Source of the DNA: Candidatus Firestoneibacteriota bacterium
Lineage (GTDB): Bacteria > Oederibacteriota > D2-FULL-39-29 > JBDRBU01
NCBI GenBank assembly: GCA_043822305.1
Contig: JBDRBU010000072.1
Location: forward strand, 1 to 25,134
Reading direction: 5' to 3'
DNA: 25,134 nt
Shown here: positions 9,176 to 19,779 of the stretch, piece after piece
How the letters are laid out: each line of letters opens with the position of its first letter
How positions within the stretch are numbered: the first letter of the stretch is position 1
Notes under the pieces: generated by a model
The model's database searches: none
The model's input: only the letters and a program-made list of their open reading frames with translations
What the model was told of the DNA's origin: nothing
Program-made: the position numbers and the translations under genes

Positions 9176-10058
9176 AAATAGTTACTTGTTCTGCTTTAAG
9201 TAAGTTTGATAGTAACTCCTGATATGCTTCTTGTTCTTTTATTGTAAGAACCGCCTGTTTTACCTGCTCTTTTACTTCATCAAAACTTTTCTGAACTTCT
9301 TTTTTATCTTTCTTCTCAACAAAATCTTTTATATGCCCTTCATAATAAAGTTTTAAGTCAGAATCTGTTATTTTTATCTTTGAAGCTAACTCTTCTTCTA
9401 ATAATTTTTGGACCATTAAACTCCTTTTAGCTTGAAATGTTCTTTCAAGTATATTTTTATCATTCTCGAAATTCTTTCTTTTGGCTGCATCGTAAAGCAA
9501 TTCAGTGGCAATATGCTGTTTTAAAAACTCTAACTTTTTTGTATCATCCTTACAAGCTTCCTGTATATACGATGGAAGATTTCTTATCTCGCCATCAAGT
9601 TCTTCTCTGGTAATATTTCTATTTCTTATTTTTGCAACTATCGTTCCCTTTGGAATTTCTGGTTTCTTGTTTATCGTCGTAACTTTCTCCATAAGTTGTG
9701 TCGCATCTAAACTTTTTCCAAGTCTTTCAAAACATTCTATCATTTTACTATTTACTTCATTAGAAAGAGAACTCTGTGGCTTGAGTACTTTTACTTTTAT
9801 ATATGACGCTAACGCATTTTCATAGTCATGTAAGTTTTCCATATAAATATTTCCTACAATATATGAAAGGTTTGCCGAATCAGTAGTTGAAATCCCGATT
9901 AAATCCTGTATTTTTTTGAATTCATTTATGGCATGTATAAAAAGCCCCTTTTCTTTTAAAGCATTTGCATACTCTTTTTGTTTTTCTATATTGATAGTTG
10001 ACGAACATGATATTAAAATTATTACAGAAAACAACATCAAAATCATCTTAGACATCAT
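9150..10058 (-). CDS. Lipoprotein with TPR region and SurA/PrsA N-terminal chaperone-like region
   Basis: Lipobox ILISC; TPR-like N-half; 'IVAKI...IT.EEL', 'ELLYDAA', 'ITDSDLKLYYE', 'SFDEVKEQV' resemble PrsA/SurA helical parts with no intervening parvulin domain. Confidence 0.65.
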   Translation of the reverse strand: MMSKMILMLFSVIILISCSSTINIEKQKEYANALKEKGLFIHAINEFKKIQDLIGISTTDSANLSYIVGNIYMENLHDYENALASYIKVKVLKPQSSLSNEVNSKMIECFERLGKSLDATQLMEKVTTINKKPEIPKGTIVAKIRNRNITREELDGEIRNLPSYIQEACKDDTKKLEFLKQHIATELLYDAAKRKNFENDKNILERTFQAKRSLMVQKLLEEELASKIKITDSDLKLYYEGHIKDFVEKKDKKEVQKSFDEVKEQVKQAVLTIKEQEAYQELLSNLLKAEQVTIYEDIFKNK

Positions 10059-10080
10059 AATACAATCCTCCTTATATCCT

Positions 10081-10114
10081 ATTCCCCCTTAATAAAGGGG
10101 GTTAGGGGGTTGTT
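10081..10114. repeat. REP-like family A (CCCCCTTAAnAAAGGGGG-n-AGGGGGTTG)
   Basis: 34 nt identical to 24952-24985; related copies at 19770, 22085 and 25060. Confidence 0.9.
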
Positions 10115-10145
10115 TTTAATCTTGTTTTTAATCTTGTTTTTAACC
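10110..10145. repeat. 12-bp tandem repeat x3 (TTGTTTTTAATC)
   Basis: Three copies, the last with one mismatch, starting in the tail of the family A repeat. Confidence 0.85.
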
Positions 10146-10175
10146 TAATTTAAAAAAATTAGCAACTACAATTAA

Positions 10176-11054
10176 TCACTTCAATCTTAACTCCCTCATC
10201 TTAAAAAAATTAATAAGTGGCTTAATATACGGCTTATTAATCTTAATATCTATATTGTCTATCTTTGATTTTTTAAATAATTTTTTTAAACTTTCTGTTT
10301 CTTGTTGTCTGAGATTTCTATATTTCTTTAAAAAATTCTCATCGGCCGTATCAATAGTTAAACTCTCGCCTGTTTCATTGTCTTCTATATCCATAAATCT
10401 TAATTTTGGGAGTTCTTCTTCTTTTTCATCAAAAATTCTTAAAACAATTAAATCATGTTTTTTAGCTGTAATTTTTAATGCTTTCTCAAATCCCTTATCT
10501 AAAAAGTCTGACATTAAAAACACCACTGCTTTTCTTTTTATAACTTCATTTAAATATTCTAAGACATTTTTAATATTTGTAGATTTATGTTGTGGTTTAT
10601 AATAAATCATCTCCCTGATGATCCTGGAGATATGTTTAAGCCCTTTTTTGGGAGTAATAAATTTTTCAATAACATCAGTAAATCCTATCATGCCTACTTT
10701 ATCATTATTTTTCATGGCCGCCAGTGATAGCAGTGAAACCAACTCTGCTCCTATTTCATTTTTAAACTTATCCGATGTCCCAAAATAGTTAGAGGCACTC
10801 ATATCAACTAGAAATACAATTACTAATTCCCTTTCTTCTGTAAACTTTTTTACAAAAGGTTTGCCAAGTCTGGCCGTAACATTCCAATCTATTGTTCTTA
10901 TGTCATCACCAGGGATATACTCTCTAACTTCAGCAAACTCTATTCCTCTTCCTTTAAAGATACTCTCATATTGGCCAGCAAATGTTTCCGTAACTAATCT
11001 TCCTGTTTTTATTTCAATTCTTCTTACTTGTTTTAAAACCTCAGAGGGTATCAT
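10176..11054 (-). CDS. DUF58 domain protein
   Basis: 'FKGRGIEFAEVREYIPGDDIRTIDWNVTAR...VKKFTEEREL', 'SDF', 'HD'; directly downstream of moxR. Confidence 0.95.
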   Translation of the reverse strand: MIPSEVLKQVRRIEIKTGRLVTETFAGQYESIFKGRGIEFAEVREYIPGDDIRTIDWNVTARLGKPFVKKFTEERELVIVFLVDMSASNYFGTSDKFKNEIGAELVSLLSLAAMKNNDKVGMIGFTDVIEKFITPKKGLKHISRIIREMIYYKPQHKSTNIKNVLEYLNEVIKRKAVVFLMSDFLDKGFEKALKITAKKHDLIVLRIFDEKEEELPKLRFMDIEDNETGESLTIDTADENFLKKYRNLRQQETESLKKLFKKSKIDNIDIKINKPYIKPLINFFKMRELRLK

Positions 11055-11057
11055 TGT

Positions 11058-12047
11058 TTATGGAACCTCAATCTGGTCAAATATTTGTTTAATAATACTT
11101 TCTGATGTGATTTCTTCTGCTTCTGCTTCATATGTCACAATAATTCTATGCCTTAATATATCCGGCCCAACTAATTTTATATCTTCAGGTGTTACATAAC
11201 CCCTACTATTTATAAAGGCAAAAGCCTTTGCTGATTGTATTAAATATATACTTGCTCTTGGTGAGGCTCCATATGCAATTAAACTTTTCAAATCACTAAG
11301 ATTGTATTTTTCCGGCTCTCTTGTCGCAAAAATAATGTCAAGAACATAATCCTTTATCTTTTCATCCACATAAATATCATTAACTACCTTTCTAACCCTT
11401 GTAATATCTTCAGTAGATACTACCTTGTTAACTTTTATTTCTTTTCCTGTTGTCATTCTATTTATAATTTCATTTTCTTGTTCTTTACTTGGATAGGCTA
11501 TTTTTAATTTAAGCATAAATCTATCTACCTGCGCTTCTGGAAGCGGATATGTTCCTTCCTGCTCTATTGGATTTTGAGTAGCCAGAACAAGAAATGGCTG
11601 AGGAAGAGCAAATGTAGTTTCCCCTATGGTAACTTGCCTCTCTTGCATTGCTTCAAGTAAAGCACTTTGAACCTTTGCCGGTGCTCTATTTATCTCATCG
11701 GCTAAAATTATGTTTGCAAATATAGGGCCTTTTTTAACCGTAAAACTACTATCCTTTGGATTAAATATAGTTGTTCCTGTTAAATCAGCAGGAAGCAGGT
11801 CCGGAGTAAATTGCATCCTTTGAAACTTAGCATTTACTGCGGATGAAAGAGTTTTCACGGCAAGTGTTTTGGCTAAACCAGGAACTCCTTCTATTAAAAT
11901 ATGTCCATCGGCTAAAATTCCCACAAGCATCCTGTTTATTAAATACTCCTGTCCGACAATAACCTTACCAATTTCTACCGTAAGTTCGTTCACAAAACCA
12001 CTTTCTTTTTTTACTGTTTCATTTATTGCCTTTATATCCTTATCCAT
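11058..12047 (-). CDS. moxR: MoxR-family AAA+ ATPase
   Basis: Walker A GVPGLAKT, 'QFTPDLLPAD', 'DEINRAPAKVQSALLEAMQE', 'TQNPIEQEGTYPLPEAQ'. Start moved to 12047 (MDKDIK) because of the SD AGGAGGAG. Confidence 0.95.
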   Translation of the reverse strand: MDKDIKAINETVKKESGFVNELTVEIGKVIVGQEYLINRMLVGILADGHILIEGVPGLAKTLAVKTLSSAVNAKFQRMQFTPDLLPADLTGTTIFNPKDSSFTVKKGPIFANIILADEINRAPAKVQSALLEAMQERQVTIGETTFALPQPFLVLATQNPIEQEGTYPLPEAQVDRFMLKLKIAYPSKEQENEIINRMTTGKEIKVNKVVSTEDITRVRKVVNDIYVDEKIKDYVLDIIFATREPEKYNLSDLKSLIAYGASPRASIYLIQSAKAFAFINSRGYVTPEDIKLVGPDILRHRIIVTYEAEAEEITSESIIKQIFDQIEVP

Positions 12048-12060
12048 GTCTCCTCCTATC

Positions 12061-12082
12061 GTAGTTGCCCAATTCATTGGGC
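12061..12082. repeat. REP-like family B (GTAG-tagged palindrome)
   Basis: GTAGTT-GCCCAAT-TC-ATTGGGC; near-identical copy at 21987-22008. Confidence 0.8.
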
Positions 12083-12183
12083 TCTTGTTATTAAAAAGAC
12101 ACAAAAACTCTTAAGATTGTTCCAAAAATAATTATGTAATATGTTATCCTTTCTAAAAAATTTTTTCTTTTTTTCTTATTAAA

Positions 12184-12192
12184 ATTATATCA
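12184..12192 (-). promoter_or_regulatory. Extended -10 promoter candidate for the moxR-bat operon
   Basis: TGATATAAT (TGnTATAAT) ~140 nt upstream of the moxR start; no good -35. Confidence 0.5.
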
Positions 12193-12207
12193 AATATTTG
12201 TTTTTTT

Positions 12208-12235
12208 GTAGTTGCCTGATAAATCAGGCAACTAC
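12208..12235. repeat. REP-like family B perfect palindrome
   Basis: GTAGTTGCCTGAT-AA-ATCAGGCAACTAC, 13-bp perfect arms. Confidence 0.85.
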
Positions 12236-12296
12236 TATTGCCAAACTACTCCCAACGGTGTTCAGCAAGAACGTAAGTTTCTTTTATGAAAAAAAT

Positions 12297-12315
12297 AATA
12301 GTCGCTGTCCCCATT
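12297..12315. repeat. REP-like family C (GGGACAGCG core)
   Basis: Reverse complement AATGGGGACAGCGACTATT; related copies at 16782, 21010 and 21968. Confidence 0.75.
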
Positions 12316-12332
12316 AATGAATGTTAGTCCAA

Positions 12333-13434
12333 TCATTTCTCTCCCGTTTCCTTTCTTTTTAAATATGCTTCTATGAAAATATCTATATTTCCATCAATAA
12401 CAGAGTCTGCATCAGTCACTTCCACATCTGTCCTGTGGTCTTTTACAAGTTTATATGGCTGAAAAAAATACGACCTTATCTGACTGCCCCATTCTATATC
12501 TTTTTTCTCACCAGCAAACTTTTCCATTTTTTCTTTTTGTTTCTCACTATAATATTTATATAATTTTGCTTTTAAGACTTTCATGGCCATTGATTTATTC
12601 TTAAACTGAGACCTTTCAGACTGGCAGGTTACTACAATTCCTGTTGGGATATGCGTAAGTCTAATTGCTGATTCGGTTCTATTTATATGTTGTCCACCAG
12701 CACCGGAAGCACGATAGGTATCAATTCTTAAATCATCATCTTTTATTTCAATTTCAACATCATCAACTTCAGGCATGACATCCACAGATGCAAATGAAGT
12801 ATGTCTTCTTTTGTTTGAATCAAACGGAGAAATTCGGATAAGTCTATGAACACCTTTCTCTGACTTTAAGTATCCATATGCAAAATTTCCGGAGATAAAT
12901 ATTGTTATATCTTTAATCCCTGCTTCTTCTCCTGGCAGGTAGTTAACAATTTCAGCTGTCCATCCTTTTGTTTCTGTCCATCTTGTATACATTCTAAACA
13001 GCATCTCGGCCCAATCTTGAGATTCAGTTCCACCTGCTCCCGGATGGATACTCAGGAATGCATTATTGGAATCAAATTCTTTAGTAAAAAGAATTTTAAG
13101 TTCCCGTTTTTCTACATCTTTTTTTAGTTGAGTTAACTTCCCTTCAATTTCTTTAGATAGATTTATATCTTCTTCTTCGTCTAATAGTTCTACACCACTT
13201 TCTATATCTTTTAACTCTTGATTTAACTCATTCCAGTCTTCTATTCCGCTTTTATACTCCTCCCTCTTTTTCATTAACTTCTTAGCGTGGACATTATCAT
13301 CCCAGAATTTACTATCTGATGAAATTTTATCGATATTCTTTATTTCTTTTTCTTTAAGATCAATGTCAAAGATGCCTCCTTAGTTCTTCTATTCTTTTTT
13401 TTATATTTTTTACTTCTTGTTTTAAGTCTATCAT
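12333..13434 (-). CDS. prfB: Peptide chain release factor 2 (programmed +1 frameshift)
   Basis: SPF tripeptide and GGQ motif. The true start is ATG 13434 (SD GAGGTG); 22 codons lead to CTT-TGA-C, then the +1 frame joins ORF 12333-13274. Confidence 0.97.
13365..13380 (-). promoter_or_regulatory. prfB autoregulatory frameshift cassette
   Basis: AGGAGG-CAT-CTT-TGA-C: internal SD, 3 nt, slippery CTT and UGA stop. Confidence 0.97.
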
Positions 13435-13470
13435 TTTAAACACCTCGCGTAGTAATATTTTCAGATTATT

Positions 13471-13845
13471 TTAATATCTTCGTCTACCACCCCTATCCCT
13501 ATCTCTGCCTTGTCCTCTATCTCCGCCCTGCCATCCTCCTCTATCTCCACCCCCCTGCCATCCTCCTCTATTTCTACTTTGCCCCCCATCCCTGTTTTGC
13601 CAATCTTTACTTTTAGGTGGACGAGCTTCATCAACTTTCAAAGTACGTCCTTCAAAATCAGTACCGTTTAGTGCTTCTTTTGCTTTTTGGGTATCTGCTG
13701 GGTTAGCCATTTCAACAAATCCAAAACCTTTCCCTTCGATTATGTTGACTTGTGTCACAGCACCATGTTTGGAAAACAATTCTTCCACTTTCTCCTTAGT
13801 CACAGAATAACTAAGATTTCCTACATAAAGTTTACTACCTTGCAT
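13471..13845 (-). CDS. RRM (RNP-1) RNA-binding protein with Gly/Arg-rich tail
   Basis: RNP2 LYVGNL, RNP1 KGFGFVEM, 'GRTLKVDEARP', repeated RGGWQGG tail; SD AGGAGG. Confidence 0.95.
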   Translation of the reverse strand: MQGSKLYVGNLSYSVTKEKVEELFSKHGAVTQVNIIEGKGFGFVEMANPADTQKAKEALNGTDFEGRTLKVDEARPPKSKDWQNRDGGQSRNRGGWQGGGDRGGWQGGDRGQGRDRDRGGRRRY

Positions 13846-14066
13846 CCTAACCTCCTTTTTTGAGCATTTTTAAGCTCATTTATCTGAAATATGTTCGTAC
13901 ATATATCCTTTCAATTTATGGATATAGACGAACTTAGTATTTTATAAAATTTTTCACTTAGACTTGTAGTATGTACAATTACATTAACCATTAGGAGGAA
14001 ATACTCATAGACTTAACTCCGCAGCGGAAAGTGAAATTTTTAACTATTTTAGTTCTCATATATCAA
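13846..14066 (-). ncRNA. Candidate structured 5' leader (~220 nt) of the RRM gene
   Basis: Pairings 14029-14040/13946-13959, 13893-13908/13920-13933 and 13861-13865/13874-13878; an internal CCTCCT is complementary to the SD. Confidence 0.45.
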
Positions 14067-14072
14067 TAATGT

Positions 14073-14101
14073 TTTATAACATATTCATAAAATAATGTCA
14101 A
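14073..14101 (-). promoter_or_regulatory. Sigma70-type promoter for the RRM gene
   Basis: TTGACA (14096-14101), 17 nt, TATAAA (14073-14078), with an extended TG. Confidence 0.65.
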
Positions 14102-14398
14102 CTATATTTTTAATTTATTGCATTCTTCTACAAGAATCCTAACTTTATTTGGCAGGATTTCGATAAATCCATCTCCCGTATAATAAATATATTCTTTTTC
14201 AAGACGACCAAAGGAAGTCCCCGTGGGATGTTTAAATTTAATTTTGCCTTTTTTTAATATGGCTAAAAGGGGAGTGTGTTGTGGCAAGATTCCCAAATTC
14301 CCGATTACCGAAGGTGCAAAAACTGAGTTAACGAGCCCTTCAAAAATAACCGTTTCAGGTGTTTTTATTTCTAATGAAAAATTTTTATTGAAAGTCAT
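14102..14398 (-). CDS. atpC: ATP synthase epsilon subunit (N-terminal beta domain only)
   Basis: 'LEIKTPE', 'GNLGILPQHTPL', 'GFIEI'; downstream of atpD; 98 aa. Confidence 0.93.
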   Translation of the reverse strand: MTFNKNFSLEIKTPETVIFEGLVNSVFAPSVIGNLGILPQHTPLLAILKKGKIKFKHPTGTSFGRLEKEYIYYTGDGFIEILPNKVRILVEECNKLKI

Positions 14399-14415
14399 AA
14401 AATTATTTATTTACA

Positions 14416-15913
<1,498 letters not shown>

Positions 15914-15918
15914 TAGTC

Positions 15919-16776
15919 TTACGCTACTGCTTCTGCTCCCCCGACAACATCTGCAAGTTCTTTTGTAATATTTGTTTGTCTTGATTTATTATAAAGTAAA
16001 GTTAAGTTTTTTATCATATCATCTGCATTCTTTGTGGCTTGCTCCATGGCCGTCATTCTTAATCCTTGCTCTGATACATTTGACTCAAGTAAAATCCTGC
16101 AAACTATTACTTTCATAAATCTGGGAAGTAGTTCTTTTAAAACCTCTTCTGGATTCGGTTCGTAAATAAATTCCGTTTTATTTTTTTCTTTTTCTATTGA
16201 TTCTAATGGTAACAGTTTTTTTAATGTAATTTTCGTTTGGGCAGCATTTTTAAACTCATTGTATAAAATATTAACTTCTTTATATTTTTCCTTTAAAAAT
16301 AACCCAACTATCTGTTCTTCTATTTTTGAAGCAGTATCATATGAAAGATTGAAAGAAATGTTTAACCATGAGTTTATAATATTATAATCCCTTTTTTTAA
16401 GATAGTCATTTACTTTCTTGCCTATCGTTATAATGTGAATTTCTTTATCCTTTTTTTCATTAAGATATTTAAGACAATACCTTAGCAAATTACTATTAAA
16501 ACTTCCACATAATCCTTTATCCGAACCAATTACAACAAGCAGGCTTTTATTAGATTTTTCATTTCTAATAAAAAATGGATGGGTTGCTTTTTCACCAACC
16601 CGAATTACCAGATCAGAAACTAAATTGGCGATACTATCCGCATATGGCCTGTTTGATATTAATTTAGAAGATGTTTTTTTAAATCTAACAGCAGATACCA
16701 TTTTCATTGCTTTTGTTATCTGCTGGGTCTTTTTTATACCCTTTATTCTTTCTCTAATTTCTCTTAGATTTTTCAT
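15919..16776 (-). CDS. atpG: F1 ATP synthase gamma subunit
   Basis: 'QITKAMKMVSA', 'SDKGLCGSFN', 'RMTAMEQATKNA', 'RQ..ITKEL..VGGAEA'. Confidence 0.98.
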   Translation of the reverse strand: MKNLREIRERIKGIKKTQQITKAMKMVSAVRFKKTSSKLISNRPYADSIANLVSDLVIRVGEKATHPFFIRNEKSNKSLLVVIGSDKGLCGSFNSNLLRYCLKYLNEKKDKEIHIITIGKKVNDYLKKRDYNIINSWLNISFNLSYDTASKIEEQIVGLFLKEKYKEVNILYNEFKNAAQTKITLKKLLPLESIEKEKNKTEFIYEPNPEEVLKELLPRFMKVIVCRILLESNVSEQGLRMTAMEQATKNADDMIKNLTLLYNKSRQTNITKELADVVGGAEAVA

Positions 16777-16781
16777 AATTT

Positions 16782-16804
16782 TAAGTAGGGACAGCGCCTA
16801 CTTA
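16782..16804. repeat. REP-like family C
   Basis: TAAGTAGG-GACAGCG-CCTACTTA; occupies the ribosome-binding region of atpG. Confidence 0.75.
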
Positions 16805-16839
16805 TTTTATTTCATTAAAAATATAAACTTTCCCCTTTT

Positions 16840-18390
16840 TTACTCCCATTCAATAGTACTTGGCGGCTTACTGCTTATATCATATACAACCCTGTTTACT
16901 CCCTTAACCTCATTTACTATTCTGTTGGAAATAATACTCAGCACTTTATAGGGTAATTTAACCCAATCTGCTGTCATTCCATCCTGACTTTCTACGGCTC
17001 TTAAGGCAATAACATTTTCGTAAGTTCTCTCATCTCCCATGACACCAACAGTCTTAACAGGAAGTAACACTGCAAATGACTGCCATATTTTATTATAAAT
17101 TCCTGCTTTTTTAATTTCTTCATTCACAATAAAATCTGCTTCTTTTAATATATTTATCTTTCCCTCTGATACTTCCCCAAGTATTCTAACAGCAAGACCT
17201 GGCCCAGGAAAAGGCTGTCTCCATAATATATCTTCAGGTAAATTTAATTCTTTCCCGAGAATTCTTACTTCGTCCTTAAACAATTCATTTAACGGCTCTA
17301 TAAGTTTAAACTTCATCTCCTTTGGCAATCCTCCTACATTATGATGTGTTTTTATTGTAGAAGATGGTCCTTTTGTTGGATTACTTTCTATCACATCTGG
17401 ATACAATGTGCCCTGTGCCAAATATTCTATGTCCCCAATTTTTTTTGCTTCTTCTTCAAATATTCTTATAAATTCATGACCTATGATTTTTCTTTTTTCT
17501 TCTGGATTAACTATCCCTTTTAACTTATTTAAAAATTCATCTTTCGAATGAATATAATGTAAATTTAACTTAAAATGTTCTTTGAATGTTTTAACTACTT
17601 CTTCTGGTTCGTTTTTTCTAAGTAACCCATTGTCAACAAAAACACAATGCAAATTATTGCCTATGGCTTTATGTATTAAAGCAGCAACTACAGCTGAGTC
17701 AACTCCACCACTTAAGGCACATATAACTTTTTTAGATTTAACTTTTTCTTTTATATCTTTTACTACTTCTTCCACAAAAGATTTCATTGTCCATTCGCCC
17801 TTGCATTTGCATATCTTAAAAAGAAAGTTTCTAAAAATATTATTTCCGTATTCTGTATGAACAACCTCCGGATGAAATTGAACACCAAATATGTTTCTTC
17901 TTCTATCCCTGATAACAGCATTAGGACATGTTAAAGTATAGGCTATTGCTTCAAATCCGGCTGGTAATTTTATAACCATATCTCCATGGCTCATCCAGGC
18001 ATTTAAAGTTGATTTTAAATTCCACATCAGGTCACTAAAATCTTTTATCATTAGTTTAGATAATCCATATTCTCTTTTTTCGGTCTTAGAAACTTTTCCA
18101 CCCAAAATATATGAAATTAACTGCAGACCATAACAAATTCCAAGGATCGGAACATTTAAATTAAATATTTCTTTATCAATAGTTGGTGCATCTTCCTTAT
18201 AAACGCTGGCCGGACCACCTGACAATATTATCCCTTTCAAATTCTTGTACTTTTTTAAATCAGATATGCTTATATTATATGGAACCAATTCAGAATAAAC
18301 ATTGTTTTCTCTGATTCTTCTTGCAATCAATTGATTATACTGGGTGCCAAAATCTAATATTATTATTATTTCTTTATCTAACTTTTCCAT
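16840..18390 (-). CDS. guaA: GMP synthase (glutamine-hydrolysing)
   Basis: 'ILDFG.QY', 'GICYG', 'QFHPEV', 'SGGVDS', 'HHNVGG', C-terminal KPPSTIEWE. Start placed at 18390 (SD GGAGAG). Confidence 0.98.
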   Translation of the reverse strand: MEKLDKEIIIILDFGTQYNQLIARRIRENNVYSELVPYNISISDLKKYKNLKGIILSGGPASVYKEDAPTIDKEIFNLNVPILGICYGLQLISYILGGKVSKTEKREYGLSKLMIKDFSDLMWNLKSTLNAWMSHGDMVIKLPAGFEAIAYTLTCPNAVIRDRRRNIFGVQFHPEVVHTEYGNNIFRNFLFKICKCKGEWTMKSFVEEVVKDIKEKVKSKKVICALSGGVDSAVVAALIHKAIGNNLHCVFVDNGLLRKNEPEEVVKTFKEHFKLNLHYIHSKDEFLNKLKGIVNPEEKRKIIGHEFIRIFEEEAKKIGDIEYLAQGTLYPDVIESNPTKGPSSTIKTHHNVGGLPKEMKFKLIEPLNELFKDEVRILGKELNLPEDILWRQPFPGPGLAVRILGEVSEGKINILKEADFIVNEEIKKAGIYNKIWQSFAVLLPVKTVGVMGDERTYENVIALRAVESQDGMTADWVKLPYKVLSIISNRIVNEVKGVNRVVYDISSKPPSTIEWE

Positions 18391-18423
18391 GACTCTCCAT
18401 AATATAAACAAATAATATCAGGA

Positions 18424-18452
18424 ATAGTTGTTCGCCAAGGCGAACAGACTAT
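18424..18452. repeat. REP-like family B-type palindrome overlapping the argH stop
   Basis: ATAGTTGTTCGCC-AA-GGCGAACAGACTAT; contains the argH TAG (18449-18451). Confidence 0.75.
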
Positions 18453-19720
18453 ATTTTAAAAATATCCTCTTTAAATAATTTAGAGAAGTTTTTATACTCT
18501 TTAAGTGATAAATCTTTTAAACCAATATTTTTATCTAAGCAGTATAAAATTATTTTACCTACTACTGTATGTGCCTCTCTGAAATTAACTCCTTTTTTAA
18601 CTAAATAATTTGCTACTTCTACTGCATCGGAATAGTCTTTATTTATTGATTTTTTAATACTATCTAAATTTACAACTATATTTTTAAATATATTAGTTAA
18701 GATATCTAAACATTCTTTGGTCGTATCCACTACATCAAACAGATGAACTTTATCTTCCTGCATATCACTATCGTATGCAAGTGGTAAGCCCTTCATTACA
18801 GTTAAAATCCCTATCAGTCTTCCAAAAATTCTTCCAGTTTTACCTCTAACTAATTCAAATACATCTGGATTTTTTTTCTGAGGCATTAGACTACTTCCTG
18901 TTGTATAAGCATCGTCTATATTAATAAAATTAAATTCTTTTGTTGACCATAAGACCATCTCTTCTGATAGTCTGCTTAAATGAATGAAAAGGATCGATGA
19001 AACTCCTATAAACTCTATTATATAATCTCTATCACTTACGGCATCTATATTATTTGTAGAAATTTTAGAAAACTTTAGTAGCTTGGCTACATATTTTCTA
19101 TTAATTGGAAGAGAAGTTCCGGCTAAAGCGCATGCTCCAAGTGGCATAACATCTACTCTTTTAAATAAGTCTTTAAATCTATCTGTATCTCTATTAAGCA
19201 TAGTAGTATACGCAGATATATAATCAGAAAATTTAACGGGTTGTGCATGCTGTAAATGAGTAAAACCAGGAATAATTAAATTTTTATATTTATTTGCAAA
19301 ATTTTTCAAAGATTTATCTAAGTTTTCTATACTATTTATTATATCTAATATTTCATCTTTTAAATACATCCTTTCATCCAATGCAATCTGGTCATTTCTA
19401 CTTCTGGCTGTATGCATCTTTTTACCCAGATCTCCTATCATTTTAATAACCTCTTTTTCTATATTTGTATGAATATCTTCACAAGAATAGTCAACTTTAA
19501 ATTTTCCGCTTTTTATTTTCCCTAATATCTTATTTAGGGCCAGGATAATCTTACCAGCATCTTTCATGGGTATTATATTGCATTTCCCGAGCATCATTAC
19601 ATGAGCAATACTTCCTTTAATGTCATATTTTACTAATCTATTATCAAAATATATTGACGAAGTAAATCTTTTTACTTCAGGATTTAATTCTTTTTTAAAT
19701 CTTCCTCCCCATAGTTTCAT
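18449..19720 (-). CDS. argH: Argininosuccinate lyase (short C-terminus)
   Basis: 'LWGGRF', 'HTARSRNDQ', 'THLQHAQP', signature GSSLMPQKKNPD. Confidence 0.97.
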   Translation of the reverse strand: MKLWGGRFKKELNPEVKRFTSSIYFDNRLVKYDIKGSIAHVMMLGKCNIIPMKDAGKIILALNKILGKIKSGKFKVDYSCEDIHTNIEKEVIKMIGDLGKKMHTARSRNDQIALDERMYLKDEILDIINSIENLDKSLKNFANKYKNLIIPGFTHLQHAQPVKFSDYISAYTTMLNRDTDRFKDLFKRVDVMPLGACALAGTSLPINRKYVAKLLKFSKISTNNIDAVSDRDYIIEFIGVSSILFIHLSRLSEEMVLWSTKEFNFINIDDAYTTGSSLMPQKKNPDVFELVRGKTGRIFGRLIGILTVMKGLPLAYDSDMQEDKVHLFDVVDTTKECLDILTNIFKNIVVNLDSIKKSINKDYSDAVEVANYLVKKGVNFREAHTVVGKIILYCLDKNIGLKDLSLKEYKNFSKLFKEDIFKI

Positions 19721-19779
19721 TTATTCCCCCTATTTCTCTCTATTCCCCTTATTTCCCCTTATTCCCCTTATTCCCCCTT
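19721..19779. repeat. Degenerate 9-10 bp tandem array (TTATTCCCC)
   Basis: About six units running from the argH start into the family A hairpin. Confidence 0.8.

Noticed and set aside
12048..12104. Longer N-termini for moxR (also guaA to 18411 and argG to 21035)
   Set aside because: The extensions are intergenic or repeat sequence; downstream ATGs have good SD sites and fit the family N-termini.
13490..13590. Repeats at the RRM gene 3' end
   Set aside because: They encode an ordinary Gly/Arg-rich RGG-type tail.
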